This document shows, one piece after another, positions 1-9,265 of a stretch of 48,808 bases of DNA. The stretch is taken from the NCBI GenBank assembly GCA_050295715.1, contig JBNKQE010000001.1, positions 1 to 48,808 of the forward strand, read 5' to 3'. The DNA is from Leptospirales bacterium. GTDB lineage: Bacteria; Spirochaetota; Leptospiria; Leptospirales; Leptonemataceae. Position 1 is the stretch's first letter; every line of letters starts with the position of its first letter. The position numbers were made by a program, and so were the translations under genes. Below the pieces are notes generated by a model. The model was not told where the DNA came from, did not search any database, and was given only the letters and a program-made list of their open reading frames with translations.

Positions 1-394
1 AGAAAAGAGTTTTAAGAAACATTAAAACCAATTACCTTCATAACGGCTATTTTCTATCAGTTCGGGGCCACAATCATTAGCCTCCTTTCCTGCACACCAC
101 AAAAGAGGTATATTTTTATTTCTTGCACGTTAGTGACCCTTCCAGTACTATGTTATCTAATCGGGGCCCGCGAAAGTTAATGGGGCTTTCCGAGTCCTTA
201 AGCGGTCCATGACATGCAACAATTTGGTTTATCTCTCACGGAGTGGTTCTAATGAAATGCTTTTTCATCTTTTTTTCTGGGCTCGTCATGCTCCCGAGTT
301 TTCTTAACGGGTCCCGATTTCATAGAACACATCGAAGAAAAACAATGTATGTTCGATCTTATGAATTGATCCGAACAATAACAGAGGGTTCAAT

Positions 395-3300
395 ATGAAT
401 CCTGTTATCAATATCCTGCACTTACTAAACAATCCAGTGGATGCTGAACCTGCCAGGGCCACTCTTGAGGAGGCGAGCTTTACTTGCCGTATTACCCTTG
501 TTCATACAAGTGATGAGTTTCATGGGGCACTGCAATTTACTGAGATAGATTTAATCCTCTCAGATTACAACCTGAAGATGTACGACGGTATGTCTGCACT
601 CAAGCTTGCATGTGATTTGTGTCCACAAGCCCCCTTTATCTTCGTGTCCCATTCTCCGGGAGAGGAGGCCATTATTGAAGCTATGACGCATGGTGCGACC
701 GATTTCGTCCTCAGGAATAATATAAAACGTCTTGGATCTTCCGTGAAGCGGGCCCTGCAAAAAAAGAGCGATACTGCCTTACACAAGCAGAATTACCGCA
801 GCCTGGTAGAAAGCTCACCGGATCTCATTATCCGTTACGACCTCGAACATCGCATTCGCTACCTCAATAACCGTCTGGTCAAGGATCTTGGGATTGCCAG
901 TGCGGACGAGGTGATCGGCCGCCGACCCATTGATATGTGGCCTGACGGCCGTTTCGCCGATATTGTCGAAGCCGCGCAGTGGGCGATTGCGACAGGATGC
1001 CACGAGACCATTGAAATGTTATGGCATACAAAAGGCGGCCAGACCTACATCGACCGGATCGTCGTCGTGCCGGAGCGCGACGTGGCAGGAAAAATCATCG
1101 GCACCCTCGCATTTGGCCGCGATATCACCGAGCGCAAGCAGATGGAAAAGTATGAACATTTTCGCAGTATGACCCTGGAGCGGCTTTCCAGAGGCGATCC
1201 GCTCTCAGCCATACTCGAGGGAATTGTGCGCAGCGTGGAGCAACTTTGTCCCGGGACGATTTGCAGCATCCTGTTGCTGGACAGTCAGGGCAAACGACTC
1301 GGCGAGGCTATCGCTCCAGGCCTGCCAGATTTTTATAACGCCGCGATCGATGGGATAGAGATTGGCATTGGCGTCGGCTGTTGCGGGACGGCCGCCGCCA
1401 CCGGGGAGCGCGTCATCATCGACGACATCATGACGCATCCCTACTGGGCGCCCTACAAAGAGGTCGCGGCCAGGGCTGGATTGGGCGCATGCTGGTCTGA
1501 GCCTATCCGTTCTTCCGCCGGCCAGGTGCTGGGCGCATTCGCCATATATCATCGTGAAGTGCATTCGCCTACGGAATTCGACATTTCTCTCATCGAAAAA
1601 TCCGTCCATCTGGTCAGTATTGCCATTGAGCGCAAACAAGCATCAACCCTACTGGTACAGCGTGAGCGTGAGTTCCGCAGTCTGGCAGAGAATCTGCCGG
1701 ACAACATTGTCCGCTACAATCGGCAAGGTATTACGGTATACGTCAATCCGGTGCTTGAACGCACTTTAGGAAGCAGTGCTGCCGCAATGATCGGCACAAC
1801 CCCACGCGAGTATTATCCCGATGGATCATACGAAGATTACGCGCAATTGCTGGATACCGTAATTGCCAGCGGTGAGGCAGGAGAGATTGAAAAAGTAATC
1901 CTGGGCCCAGACGGAGATGCACAAATTCATCTGATACGCATGTTTCCTGAACGTAGTGAGAACGGCGAAGTGGTCGGTGTTATTATGATTGGAAGCGATA
2001 TTACCGAGCGCAAACGCATGGAGGAAGTAAGTCTGGCTCATTTGCGCTTCTTTGAATATTTGGATCGGATCAATCGCGCCATACAGGGTACGAATGATAT
2101 CGAACAGATGATGAGCGATGTACTGGATGTCGTGCTTGCTATCTTCGACTGTGACCGGGCATTCCTTGTCTATCCCTGCGATCCCTGCGTGGATGGGTTT
2201 CGGGTGCCGATGGAACGCACCCGACCCGAATATCCCGGTGCCCTTGCCCAGGGGAAGGTTGTACCGATGGGAAAAGAAATGGAGGGTTTATTTCGCATTG
2301 TGCTGGGCATTGACGGCCCGGTGAAGTTCGGGCCCGAAGGTGAATATCCCCTCCCTCCATTCCTGTCAGAACAGTACTCTGTCAAGTCACTAATGTTAAT
2401 GGCCTTGCATCCCAAACAGGACAAACCCTGGCAGTTCGGACTGCATCAGTGTTCCCATTCCCGTGTCTGGTCTGGTGAGGACGAAAGGTTACTTCAGGAG
2501 ATCGGCCGGCGGCTGGAAGAAGGACTGACCAGCCTGCTTATGTATCGGAACCTGCAGGCCAGCGAGCAACAATTCCGTTCCCTGGCAGAGAATTTGCCTG
2601 TCTCCCTTGTTCGTTATGACCGCGAAGGCCGCCGCACCTATGTCAATCCCACACTGGAGCGTCTCTCTGACGTCAAGGCCGAGCAAATGCTCGGCAGGAC
2701 GCTGCGGGAAACCAATCCCGCCTCGACAACGGAAGCCTATCAGCGTATGCTGGAACACACGCTCGCCACAGGTGAGAAACGCGAGTTTGAAATGCGACTA
2801 CCCGCACCAACGGGCGAAGTAAGTACCGGCATCGTTCTCATCGCACCCGAGCACGGAGCAGACGGGCAGATATGCGGAGCCATTTCTATCGGTCGCGACA
2901 TCACCGAGCGCAAACAGGCGGAGGAGTCCATCCAGAAGCTTTATCAGGTAGTTGAACAAAGTCCGGTCTCTATCATGATCACCGATCTTTCCGGTAGAAT
3001 GGAATTCGTTAATACAAAATTCACCCAGGTTACCGGATATACTCATGCAGAAGCCCTGGGAAAGAACCCAAGAATCCTTAAGTCCGGTAAAATACCGGCC
3101 GCAGAGTATAAACGACTGTGGAGTATCATTAGTTCGGGGGGAATCTGGCAAGGAGAGTTACACAATCGGAAAAAGGACGGTGAGTTATTCTGGGAACAGG
3201 CGACCATCTCGCCGATTAAAGATGCAGAAAATAACATTACCCATTATGTAGCTATCAAAGAAGATGTGACCGAAAAAAAAATACTCGAAGAGAAGTTTCT

Positions 3301-4483
3301 TCACTCCCAGAAGATGGAAGCCGTCGGGCAATTGGCTGGCGGTGTGGCCCATGATTTAAACAATATGCTGGGGGTGATCATTGGATGCGCAGATATGGCC
3401 ATGGAAGACGTAAACATTGATGATATGGCCATCGATGCACCTTTTCGCGAAAATATTGAAGGAATCCTGACAGCCGGTCTTCGTTCTGCAGAAATAACAC
3501 GGCAATTGCTGACGTTTTCCCGAAAGAAGACCATTACCCCTGAGATCCTGGACTTGAACAATACTGTTGAGGGAATGCTTAAGTTACTCCGGCGGCTTAT
3601 TGGCGAGGATATCGAACTGGTATGGCTGCCAGGGGCAGATTTATGGCCAGTCAAAATGGATCCCTCCCAGATCGACCAGATTATGGCAAACCTGTGTGTC
3701 AATGCCAGGGATGCTATTGTCCATACAGGCCGGGTCACTATCGAAACGGATAAAGTGACTTTCGATGACGCTTACTGTGCCGAAAAAACAGAATTTTCAC
3801 CAGGCGAATATGTATTGATATCCGTGAGTGATAATGGCTGTGGCATGAACAAACAAACGATGAACAGAATCTTCGAGCCTTTTTTTACTACCAAAGGAGT
3901 GGACATAGGGACCGGACTGGGGTTGGCTACAGTCCATAGTATCGTTAAAGAGAATAAAGGTTTCATCAATGTTTATAGCGAACTGGAACATGGTACAACC
4001 TTCAAGATTTACTTGCCCCGACATGCTGTTTATTCTGATCTTCCGAGGGAAGAAATCCCTATTAACGTTGCCTCCCGGGGAACTGAAACGATTCTACTGG
4101 TTGAAGACGAGCCCGTAGTTCTGAACATGGTAAAACGAATGCTGGAAAATCTCGGATATGTGGTGTTATCCTCTACAACACCGGAAGTGGCTATACGTAT
4201 AGTGATTGAAAACTCCGACGATATAAAGTTGCTTATGACAGACGTGGTCATGCCTGAAATGAACGGTGGGAACCTTGCAAAAAAAGTGAAGTCTTTTTAT
4301 CCGGATCTCAAATGCCTGTTCATGTCCGGCTATACGGACGAGGTTATCACTCGACAGGGTATATTGAAAGAGGAGGTCCATTTCATTCAAAAGCCGTTTT
4401 CAAAAACTGTACTGGCAGCAAGATTACGCGAAGTACTGGATAGCAATCCAAAGATTGAAGATATCGGAACATTTCTTCATTAG
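395..4483 (+). CDS. Hybrid sensor histidine kinase / response regulator (REC, repeated PAS and GAF modules, HisKA, HATPase_c, REC)
   Basis: 1362-aa ORF with AGAGGG about 8 nt upstream of the ATG. N-terminal receiver (LILSDYNLKMYDG). Three PAS-end linkers of the form DITERK. H-box GGVAHDLNNMLGVI, N-box NLCVNARDA, G1 DNGCGM, G2 GTGLGLA. C-terminal receiver LLMTDVVMPEMNG. Confidence 0.9.
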   Translation: MNPVINILHLLNNPVDAEPARATLEEASFTCRITLVHTSDEFHGALQFTEIDLILSDYNLKMYDGMSALKLACDLCPQAPFIFVSHSPGEEAIIEAMTHGATDFVLRNNIKRLGSSVKRALQKKSDTALHKQNYRSLVESSPDLIIRYDLEHRIRYLNNRLVKDLGIASADEVIGRRPIDMWPDGRFADIVEAAQWAIATGCHETIEMLWHTKGGQTYIDRIVVVPERDVAGKIIGTLAFGRDITERKQMEKYEHFRSMTLERLSRGDPLSAILEGIVRSVEQLCPGTICSILLLDSQGKRLGEAIAPGLPDFYNAAIDGIEIGIGVGCCGTAAATGERVIIDDIMTHPYWAPYKEVAARAGLGACWSEPIRSSAGQVLGAFAIYHREVHSPTEFDISLIEKSVHLVSIAIERKQASTLLVQREREFRSLAENLPDNIVRYNRQGITVYVNPVLERTLGSSAAAMIGTTPREYYPDGSYEDYAQLLDTVIASGEAGEIEKVILGPDGDAQIHLIRMFPERSENGEVVGVIMIGSDITERKRMEEVSLAHLRFFEYLDRINRAIQGTNDIEQMMSDVLDVVLAIFDCDRAFLVYPCDPCVDGFRVPMERTRPEYPGALAQGKVVPMGKEMEGLFRIVLGIDGPVKFGPEGEYPLPPFLSEQYSVKSLMLMALHPKQDKPWQFGLHQCSHSRVWSGEDERLLQEIGRRLEEGLTSLLMYRNLQASEQQFRSLAENLPVSLVRYDREGRRTYVNPTLERLSDVKAEQMLGRTLRETNPASTTEAYQRMLEHTLATGEKREFEMRLPAPTGEVSTGIVLIAPEHGADGQICGAISIGRDITERKQAEESIQKLYQVVEQSPVSIMITDLSGRMEFVNTKFTQVTGYTHAEALGKNPRILKSGKIPAAEYKRLWSIISSGGIWQGELHNRKKDGELFWEQATISPIKDAENNITHYVAIKEDVTEKKILEEKFLHSQKMEAVGQLAGGVAHDLNNMLGVIIGCADMAMEDVNIDDMAIDAPFRENIEGILTAGLRSAEITRQLLTFSRKKTITPEILDLNNTVEGMLKLLRRLIGEDIELVWLPGADLWPVKMDPSQIDQIMANLCVNARDAIVHTGRVTIETDKVTFDDAYCAEKTEFSPGEYVLISVSDNGCGMNKQTMNRIFEPFFTTKGVDIGTGLGLATVHSIVKENKGFINVYSELEHGTTFKIYLPRHAVYSDLPREEIPINVASRGTETILLVEDEPVVLNMVKRMLENLGYVVLSSTTPEVAIRIVIENSDDIKLLMTDVVMPEMNGGNLAKKVKSFYPDLKCLFMSGYTDEVITRQGILKEEVHFIQKPFSKTVLAARLREVLDSNPKIEDIGTFLH

Positions 4484-4620
4484 AAAATAAAACTCAAATA
4501 GTCTCTCATGGGGTAGAAGTCGGAGTTATCAGAAGCGAACAATTGATTACGGACCCAGAACGGACCTGAAATAACCGTCATAAAGAGTAAAATTATTTCT
4601 GATGTTTCGGAATACTCTAC

Positions 4621-4650
4621 CTGACTGATACGAAAATACAATTGTATAAT
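4621..4650 (+). promoter_or_regulatory. Candidate upstream sigma70-type promoter for copA (CTGACT-N18-TATAAT)
   Basis: CTGACT at 4621-4626 and a perfect TATAAT at 4645-4650, 18-nt spacer. If used, it would place the CsoR-like dyad in a roughly 70-nt 5' UTR. Confidence 0.35.
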
Positions 4651-4690
4651 CAACTCCGTTTCACAATCTCTATTTCATTATTATTTTTTC

Positions 4691-4719
4691 TTGCCCTTGA
4701 TACCCTCTGGGGGTATTAT
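4691..4719 (+). promoter_or_regulatory. Candidate proximal sigma70-type promoter for copA (TTGCCC-N17-TATTAT), predicting a leaderless mRNA
   Basis: TTGCCC at 4691-4696, 17-nt spacer, TATTAT at 4714-4719. The ATG at 4726 lies 7 nt after the -10 element and has no Shine-Dalgarno sequence in front of it. Confidence 0.45.
4700..4716. promoter_or_regulatory. CsoR-type copper-repressor operator-like dyad ATACCC-TCTGG-GGGTAT
   Basis: ATACCCTCTGGGGGTAT is a GC-cored pseudo-palindrome in the spacer of the proximal copA promoter. From memory it resembles the TACCC...GGGGTA operators bound by CsoR at Firmicute copZA promoters. Confidence 0.5.
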
Positions 4720-4725
4720 AGTAAT

Positions 4726-6948
4726 ATGAGTTCAACAGCAGAATCCACTCTGTCCGATCCGAACAAAATCAAAGTAATAGAACTATCTATTACGGGAATG
4801 ACATGCGCTGCCTGCTCTGCTCGTATAGAGAAGGTACTGAATAGAAATGATGGTCTTGAAGTTGCCGTTAACCTGGCCTCTGAAAAAGCAAGAGTACTTG
4901 TAAAAGATAACAGTAGCGCCTCCGAAATAATCTCGGCTATTGAAAAAATTGGCTACGGGGCAGAAGAGATCAATCCTGAACGATTGATCGAAGAGCAGGA
5001 GAAAGAAGAGGTCCGAAAGAAAAAGATCTATCACAAAGAGCTTACAATTTTTGCAGTTTCGGCAATTCTGACCCTCCCACTGCTGGCCCAAATGATCCCC
5101 ATGCTGCTTGGAATGAGTTTTGAGCTGAACCGATGGATACAGCTGGCACTGGCAACTCCCGTTCAGTTCATTGTTGGATATCGCTTTTACCGCGGTGCAT
5201 TCAAATCGCTCCGAAGCGGTGCTGCAAATATGGATGTACTCGTGGCACTGGGAACATCCATGGCATATTTTTTCAGTCTGTTTGTTGTCATCCTCAACCT
5301 TACTCTTCATGTGTATTTTGAAGCAGGCGCTGTAGTCATTACGCTTGTACTTCTGGGCAAAATTCTAGAAGCTCGTGCGAAGAGTAAGACATCAAATGCA
5401 ATAAAAGAACTATTACATCTGCAACCCAAAATGGCCCGTGTTGAAATTAACGGTGAAGTTGTCGAAATCCCTTCTCTGCAAATGATGCCCGGTCAAATTT
5501 TTCATGTTCGTCCCGGCGAAAGCTTTCCTGCAGACGGTAAGGTTATTGATGGGACCTCATCTGTGGATGAGGCAATGCTTACCGGTGAAAGCATACCTGT
5601 TGATAAAAGAGATGGAGACAGGATTTTCGCTGGAACAATCAATCAGCAAGGAGCCCTTCGGGTTGAAGCCGAAGGTATTGGATCTGAAACTGCGCTTGCT
5701 GGCATTGTTCGTCTTGTAGAACAGGCCCAGGGTACTCACCCACCCATACAGCGTCTGGCTGACAGGATCTCGGGGATCTTTGTACCGGTGGTTGTCAGTA
5801 TAAGCATTTTAACATTCTCCGGATGGTTCCTGTTTGTCGGTGATTTTACTCTGGCTCTTATTAATGCTGTCGCAGTCCTTGTCATCGCCTGCCCCTGTGC
5901 TCTGGGGCTTGCGACCCCCACAGCCATAATGGTCGGCAGTGGACTGGGTGCAAAATCAGGAATTCTTGTGAGAAATGCCGTAGCTCTGGAGACTGCAGAA
6001 AAAATCAAAACAGTGATTATGGATAAAACCGGAACTCTTACGGAAGGGAAACCTTCTGTAACTGAAATTCTGCCGGCAGCGGGATACTCAGAAGTAGAGG
6101 TCGTCCGGATAGCAGCGAGCCTTGAGCAATCATCTGAACATCCACTCGCACATGCTGTCATGGTATATGCTGATACGCTTCAGATAGTTCCAAATCCTGT
6201 GCAATCATTTCGTTCCGAGACAGGTAGAGGTGTAACCGGTACTGTGAACGGAAAATCAATTGCTCTTGGCTCACCGGATTTCCTGAAAAATAGAAACCCA
6301 TCGCTGGATCTGCCGGAACTGTACAGCGATGTAATTTCTCAAGGAAGAACAATAATTGGAATTGCTGAAGAGGAACATATACTTGGTTATATTGCTATCG
6401 CCGATAAACTGCGAAAAACATCTAAAGAAGCGATATCCCAACTGCGTTCAATGGGAATTAAAACAGTAATGCTGACGGGTGACAATGAACAGACAGCTGC
6501 AGCCATCGCTGCCGAATCAGGAGTTGATGAATTTCGCGCAGGGATTCTTCCCGAAAACAAAGCAAAGGAAGTGGAAAAATTAAGATCTCAGGGTGAGATT
6601 TGCGCCATGGTCGGTGATGGAATCAATGATGCACCGGCTCTTGCCTCGGCAGATGTGAGTTTTGCTATTGGAGCCGGGACAGATATTGCCATCGAAACCT
6701 CTGACATTACTTTAATGAGAAATGACCTGCTGAGTCTTGTGGATGCTATTCGCCTGTCCCGAGCGACACTGGGAAAAATCAGACAGAATTTATTTTTTGC
6801 ATTTATCTACAACATACTGGGTATCCCGCTTGCTTTTTCCGGCATGCTAAATCCGGTCATTGCTGGAGCTGCCATGGCAATGAGTTCCGTCTCTGTTGTG
6901 TCCAGCTCATTATTATTAAAGCGCTGGAAACCAATTACCGGTAAATAA
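4726..6948 (+). CDS. copA: Copper-translocating P1B-type ATPase
   Basis: N-terminal HMA domain GMTCAAC, transmembrane CPC motif (ACPCALGLATP), phosphorylation site DKTGTLT, hinge GDGINDAP. Start moved to ATG 4726 (MSSTAEST) because the ORF-track TTG start at 4642 overlaps promoter elements. Confidence 0.95.
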   Translation: MSSTAESTLSDPNKIKVIELSITGMTCAACSARIEKVLNRNDGLEVAVNLASEKARVLVKDNSSASEIISAIEKIGYGAEEINPERLIEEQEKEEVRKKKIYHKELTIFAVSAILTLPLLAQMIPMLLGMSFELNRWIQLALATPVQFIVGYRFYRGAFKSLRSGAANMDVLVALGTSMAYFFSLFVVILNLTLHVYFEAGAVVITLVLLGKILEARAKSKTSNAIKELLHLQPKMARVEINGEVVEIPSLQMMPGQIFHVRPGESFPADGKVIDGTSSVDEAMLTGESIPVDKRDGDRIFAGTINQQGALRVEAEGIGSETALAGIVRLVEQAQGTHPPIQRLADRISGIFVPVVVSISILTFSGWFLFVGDFTLALINAVAVLVIACPCALGLATPTAIMVGSGLGAKSGILVRNAVALETAEKIKTVIMDKTGTLTEGKPSVTEILPAAGYSEVEVVRIAASLEQSSEHPLAHAVMVYADTLQIVPNPVQSFRSETGRGVTGTVNGKSIALGSPDFLKNRNPSLDLPELYSDVISQGRTIIGIAEEEHILGYIAIADKLRKTSKEAISQLRSMGIKTVMLTGDNEQTAAAIAAESGVDEFRAGILPENKAKEVEKLRSQGEICAMVGDGINDAPALASADVSFAIGAGTDIAIETSDITLMRNDLLSLVDAIRLSRATLGKIRQNLFFAFIYNILGIPLAFSGMLNPVIAGAAMAMSSVSVVSSSLLLKRWKPITGK

Positions 6949-7009
6949 TTGCAGCATTCATTAGATTATTTCTACTGAAAAAAAACTACATAAAAATTAG
7001 GAGAGAGTT

Positions 7010-7222
7010 ATGACAAAGGTTGAATTAAATGTAAAAGGAATGAGCTGTAATCACTGTGTTATGAGTGTAAAAGGGGCTCTTAAAGAGCTATCTGGAGTAG
7101 ACCAGGTGGATGTAGATCTGGAATCCGGTCATGTTACAATTAATTTTGAGGGAGATGACTCTCGAATCCCTGAGTTTAAACTGGCAATTGAGGGTCAGGG
7201 ATATGATGTAGAACAAAATTGA
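7010..7222 (+). CDS. copZ: Copper chaperone, heavy-metal-associated domain protein
   Basis: 70 aa with the GMSCNHC metal-binding motif. AGGAGAGAG Shine-Dalgarno upstream. Immediately downstream of copA. Confidence 0.9.
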   Translation: MTKVELNVKGMSCNHCVMSVKGALKELSGVDQVDVDLESGHVTINFEGDDSRIPEFKLAIEGQGYDVEQN

Positions 7223-7571
7223 AAATCTGGCATTACCGTTTCCATAAAGCAATCTGAGTCAAGAAACAGATTCATGGTTTAATCAAGTCCAAATGGTATA
7301 AATTCGCTGAAATAATCGTCAATTTTTAAGGAAAATAGTTTGATCAACCGGTTTGCAGAATATCAGATTGATGTTATTTGCTTTAAAAGTAAGTCTTATA
7401 ATGAAAGCATGGGTTATTGACCGATAATTTATGAAAGGGAGTCTTTCATTAAGAACGCTAAGATAACCAACTTAAATAATTGATTTTAACTTGATCGTAC
7501 GGTTGTCAGTAGTAAACAGCGAAAGACTTCCGATAGATCCATGACCGAATATATTACCTGGACTACCTGTT

Positions 7572-8891
7572 ATGGAAGACTCAGTTTCCGTTGATTTGAA
7601 AGAAAAAAATCTGCTAAGAAACCTGAAAAAGGTCTCTGTGCTGTATGTAGAAGATGAAGAATATCTGAGGGAGCGGCTTGCACGTATTCTTGAAAGAAGA
7701 ATTGGAAAACTTTATCTCGCTACCAATGGAAAAGAGGGTCTTGAGCAGTTTAAGAAAATCCAGCCGGACATAGTAATAACCGATATTCGCATGCCTATAA
7801 TGGATGGGCTTGAGATGGCCCGTGAAATTAAGAAAATTGGCGAAGACATTCCAATAATGATCACAACTGCTCATAATGATGAGGAGTTTCTTATTAGAGC
7901 AATAGATGTTGGAATCGATAAGTATCTAAAAAAACCTGTTAACAGAAATGACCTGGTTAAAATGCTGAGTGATGTAGCTCGTTCCATTATACAGCAAAAA
8001 GAAATTGAAGCAAAAAACGAATTTATTCGCATGATTATGGATAACTCTCCCGAGTTTTATCTCATTTGCGATGACCTGGAGATCAGCTATCTTAACAAAT
8101 CAATTTTAAGTTTTTTTGGGTGCCAGACTTTCGAAGATTTCAAAAAACAAAATATAAGACTGGAAAACCATATAGAGCTGGAAGGAGAAGATCAACCTGA
8201 GTCTGAGGGTGGTTTCTGCCAGCAAATAATACAAGTCTCAGATAATGCCGATCAGGATACAATTGTCAGAATGTGGACGATTGACCAGAGCTCCGAAGAC
8301 GCTCGCTCTTATCTATTACGAATCAACAGGCTGCCCGGTCATACGGAAATGCTGGTCATACTTTCCGACGTAACGGGAATCGACAGGCAAAAACGACATT
8401 TTGAAGACCTCTCAACCCGAGATCCTCTGACAGAAATTTTCAATCGCAGCAAATTCAGCACTGAATTGCTAAAAGAAGTGGACAGAGCCAGACGATACGA
8501 AAGACCCATTGCATTGATAATGATGGATATTGACTTTTTCAAAGCAGTCAATGACAATTACGGACACCAGGTGGGCGATGATATACTTCGCGAATGCGTG
8601 GAAATTATTAACCATAATATACGGAAAACTGACTTCTTTGCTCGTTACGGAGGAGAAGAGTTTGTTTTACTATTACCTGAAACCTTGCTCAGTGATGCTA
8701 TTGATCTCGCTGAAAAACTCAGAGAAAAAATTTCTACCCACAAATTTCCTACTATTGATAAATTGACGTGCAGTTTTGGAGTCAGTAAACTGTATGATGG
8801 CGAAGATGGCTTCAAGATGCTTAATCGTGCCGATGCAGCATTGTATAGAGCGAAGAATAATGGAAGAAACCGTGTTGAGGAAGCCGAGTAA
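7572..8891 (+). CDS. Response-regulator diguanylate cyclase (REC, PAS-like, GGDEF)
   Basis: Receiver domain (VITDIRMPIMDG). C-terminal GGDEF domain with an intact GGEEF active site (RYGGEEF). RKTD (RxxD) I-site five residues upstream of it. Confidence 0.9.
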   Translation: MEDSVSVDLKEKNLLRNLKKVSVLYVEDEEYLRERLARILERRIGKLYLATNGKEGLEQFKKIQPDIVITDIRMPIMDGLEMAREIKKIGEDIPIMITTAHNDEEFLIRAIDVGIDKYLKKPVNRNDLVKMLSDVARSIIQQKEIEAKNEFIRMIMDNSPEFYLICDDLEISYLNKSILSFFGCQTFEDFKKQNIRLENHIELEGEDQPESEGGFCQQIIQVSDNADQDTIVRMWTIDQSSEDARSYLLRINRLPGHTEMLVILSDVTGIDRQKRHFEDLSTRDPLTEIFNRSKFSTELLKEVDRARRYERPIALIMMDIDFFKAVNDNYGHQVGDDILRECVEIINHNIRKTDFFARYGGEEFVLLLPETLLSDAIDLAEKLREKISTHKFPTIDKLTCSFGVSKLYDGEDGFKMLNRADAALYRAKNNGRNRVEEAE

Positions 8892-8908
8892 ATTATCCAG
8901 AGACAAAT

Positions 8909-9265
8909 ATGGCATTATTTGAAAGACGAAAATACGAAAGATTTGATTTCCTGAAGGAACTTATCATTTTTGCTGACAACCCTCTTAACAAAAAAGAAAT
9001 TCAGTACTATGCAAAAACTTTAAATATAAGTCGCGGTGGACTTCTTATTTACACAATCGCACAATTTAAAGAAAAAACGAAATGTATTGTTCATTTTCGC
9101 TCAAACAAACTCGAGCTTATTGAGAGAAAAGGGACGATTCTTCGTGTCGTTACAAATGATCGTCCCGACTATCTAAAAGATAGTGAAACTATGTACGCTT
9201 TTGAGTTCAATACTCCGTTCTCCACAGATGATGTTGTTGGAATTATTGAAAGACTTGGAACCTGA
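8909..9265 (+). CDS. Stand-alone PilZ-domain c-di-GMP receptor
   Basis: 118 aa. RxxxR motif (RKYER) near the N-terminus and (D/N)xSxxG motif (NISRGG). Starts 17 nt after the cyclase gene. Confidence 0.8.
   Translation: MALFERRKYERFDFLKELIIFADNPLNKKEIQYYAKTLNISRGGLLIYTIAQFKEKTKCIVHFRSNKLELIERKGTILRVVTNDRPDYLKDSETMYAFEFNTPFSTDDVVGIIERLGT

Noticed and set aside
1-394. Possible gene or ncRNA at the left edge (GGAAAGGAGG on the minus strand at 81-90; repeated TCGGGGCC)
   Set aside because: The Shine-Dalgarno-like sequence is followed by only a 6-codon ORF with 3-nt spacing. All frames are closed by stops, and I recognise no RNA family. I treat it as the promoter/leader region of the kinase gene.
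815-4390. Many antisense or alternate-frame ORFs inside the kinase gene (for example 1205-1639, 2798-3151, 3301-3738)
   Set aside because: All are nested in a strongly supported 1362-aa gene. They are concentrated in the GC-rich segment, where stop codons are rare by composition.
4642-4725. 28-codon N-terminal extension of copA from the ORF-track TTG start
   Set aside because: The TTG overlaps a TATAAT box. The extension covers a promoter-like TTGCCC/TATTAT pair and the CsoR-like dyad. Its hydrophobic look comes from T-rich DNA. CopA proteins normally begin at the HMA domain.
4783-6161. 175-aa and 141-aa minus-strand ORFs inside copA
   Set aside because: They are antisense to an unambiguous P-type ATPase gene and have no motifs.
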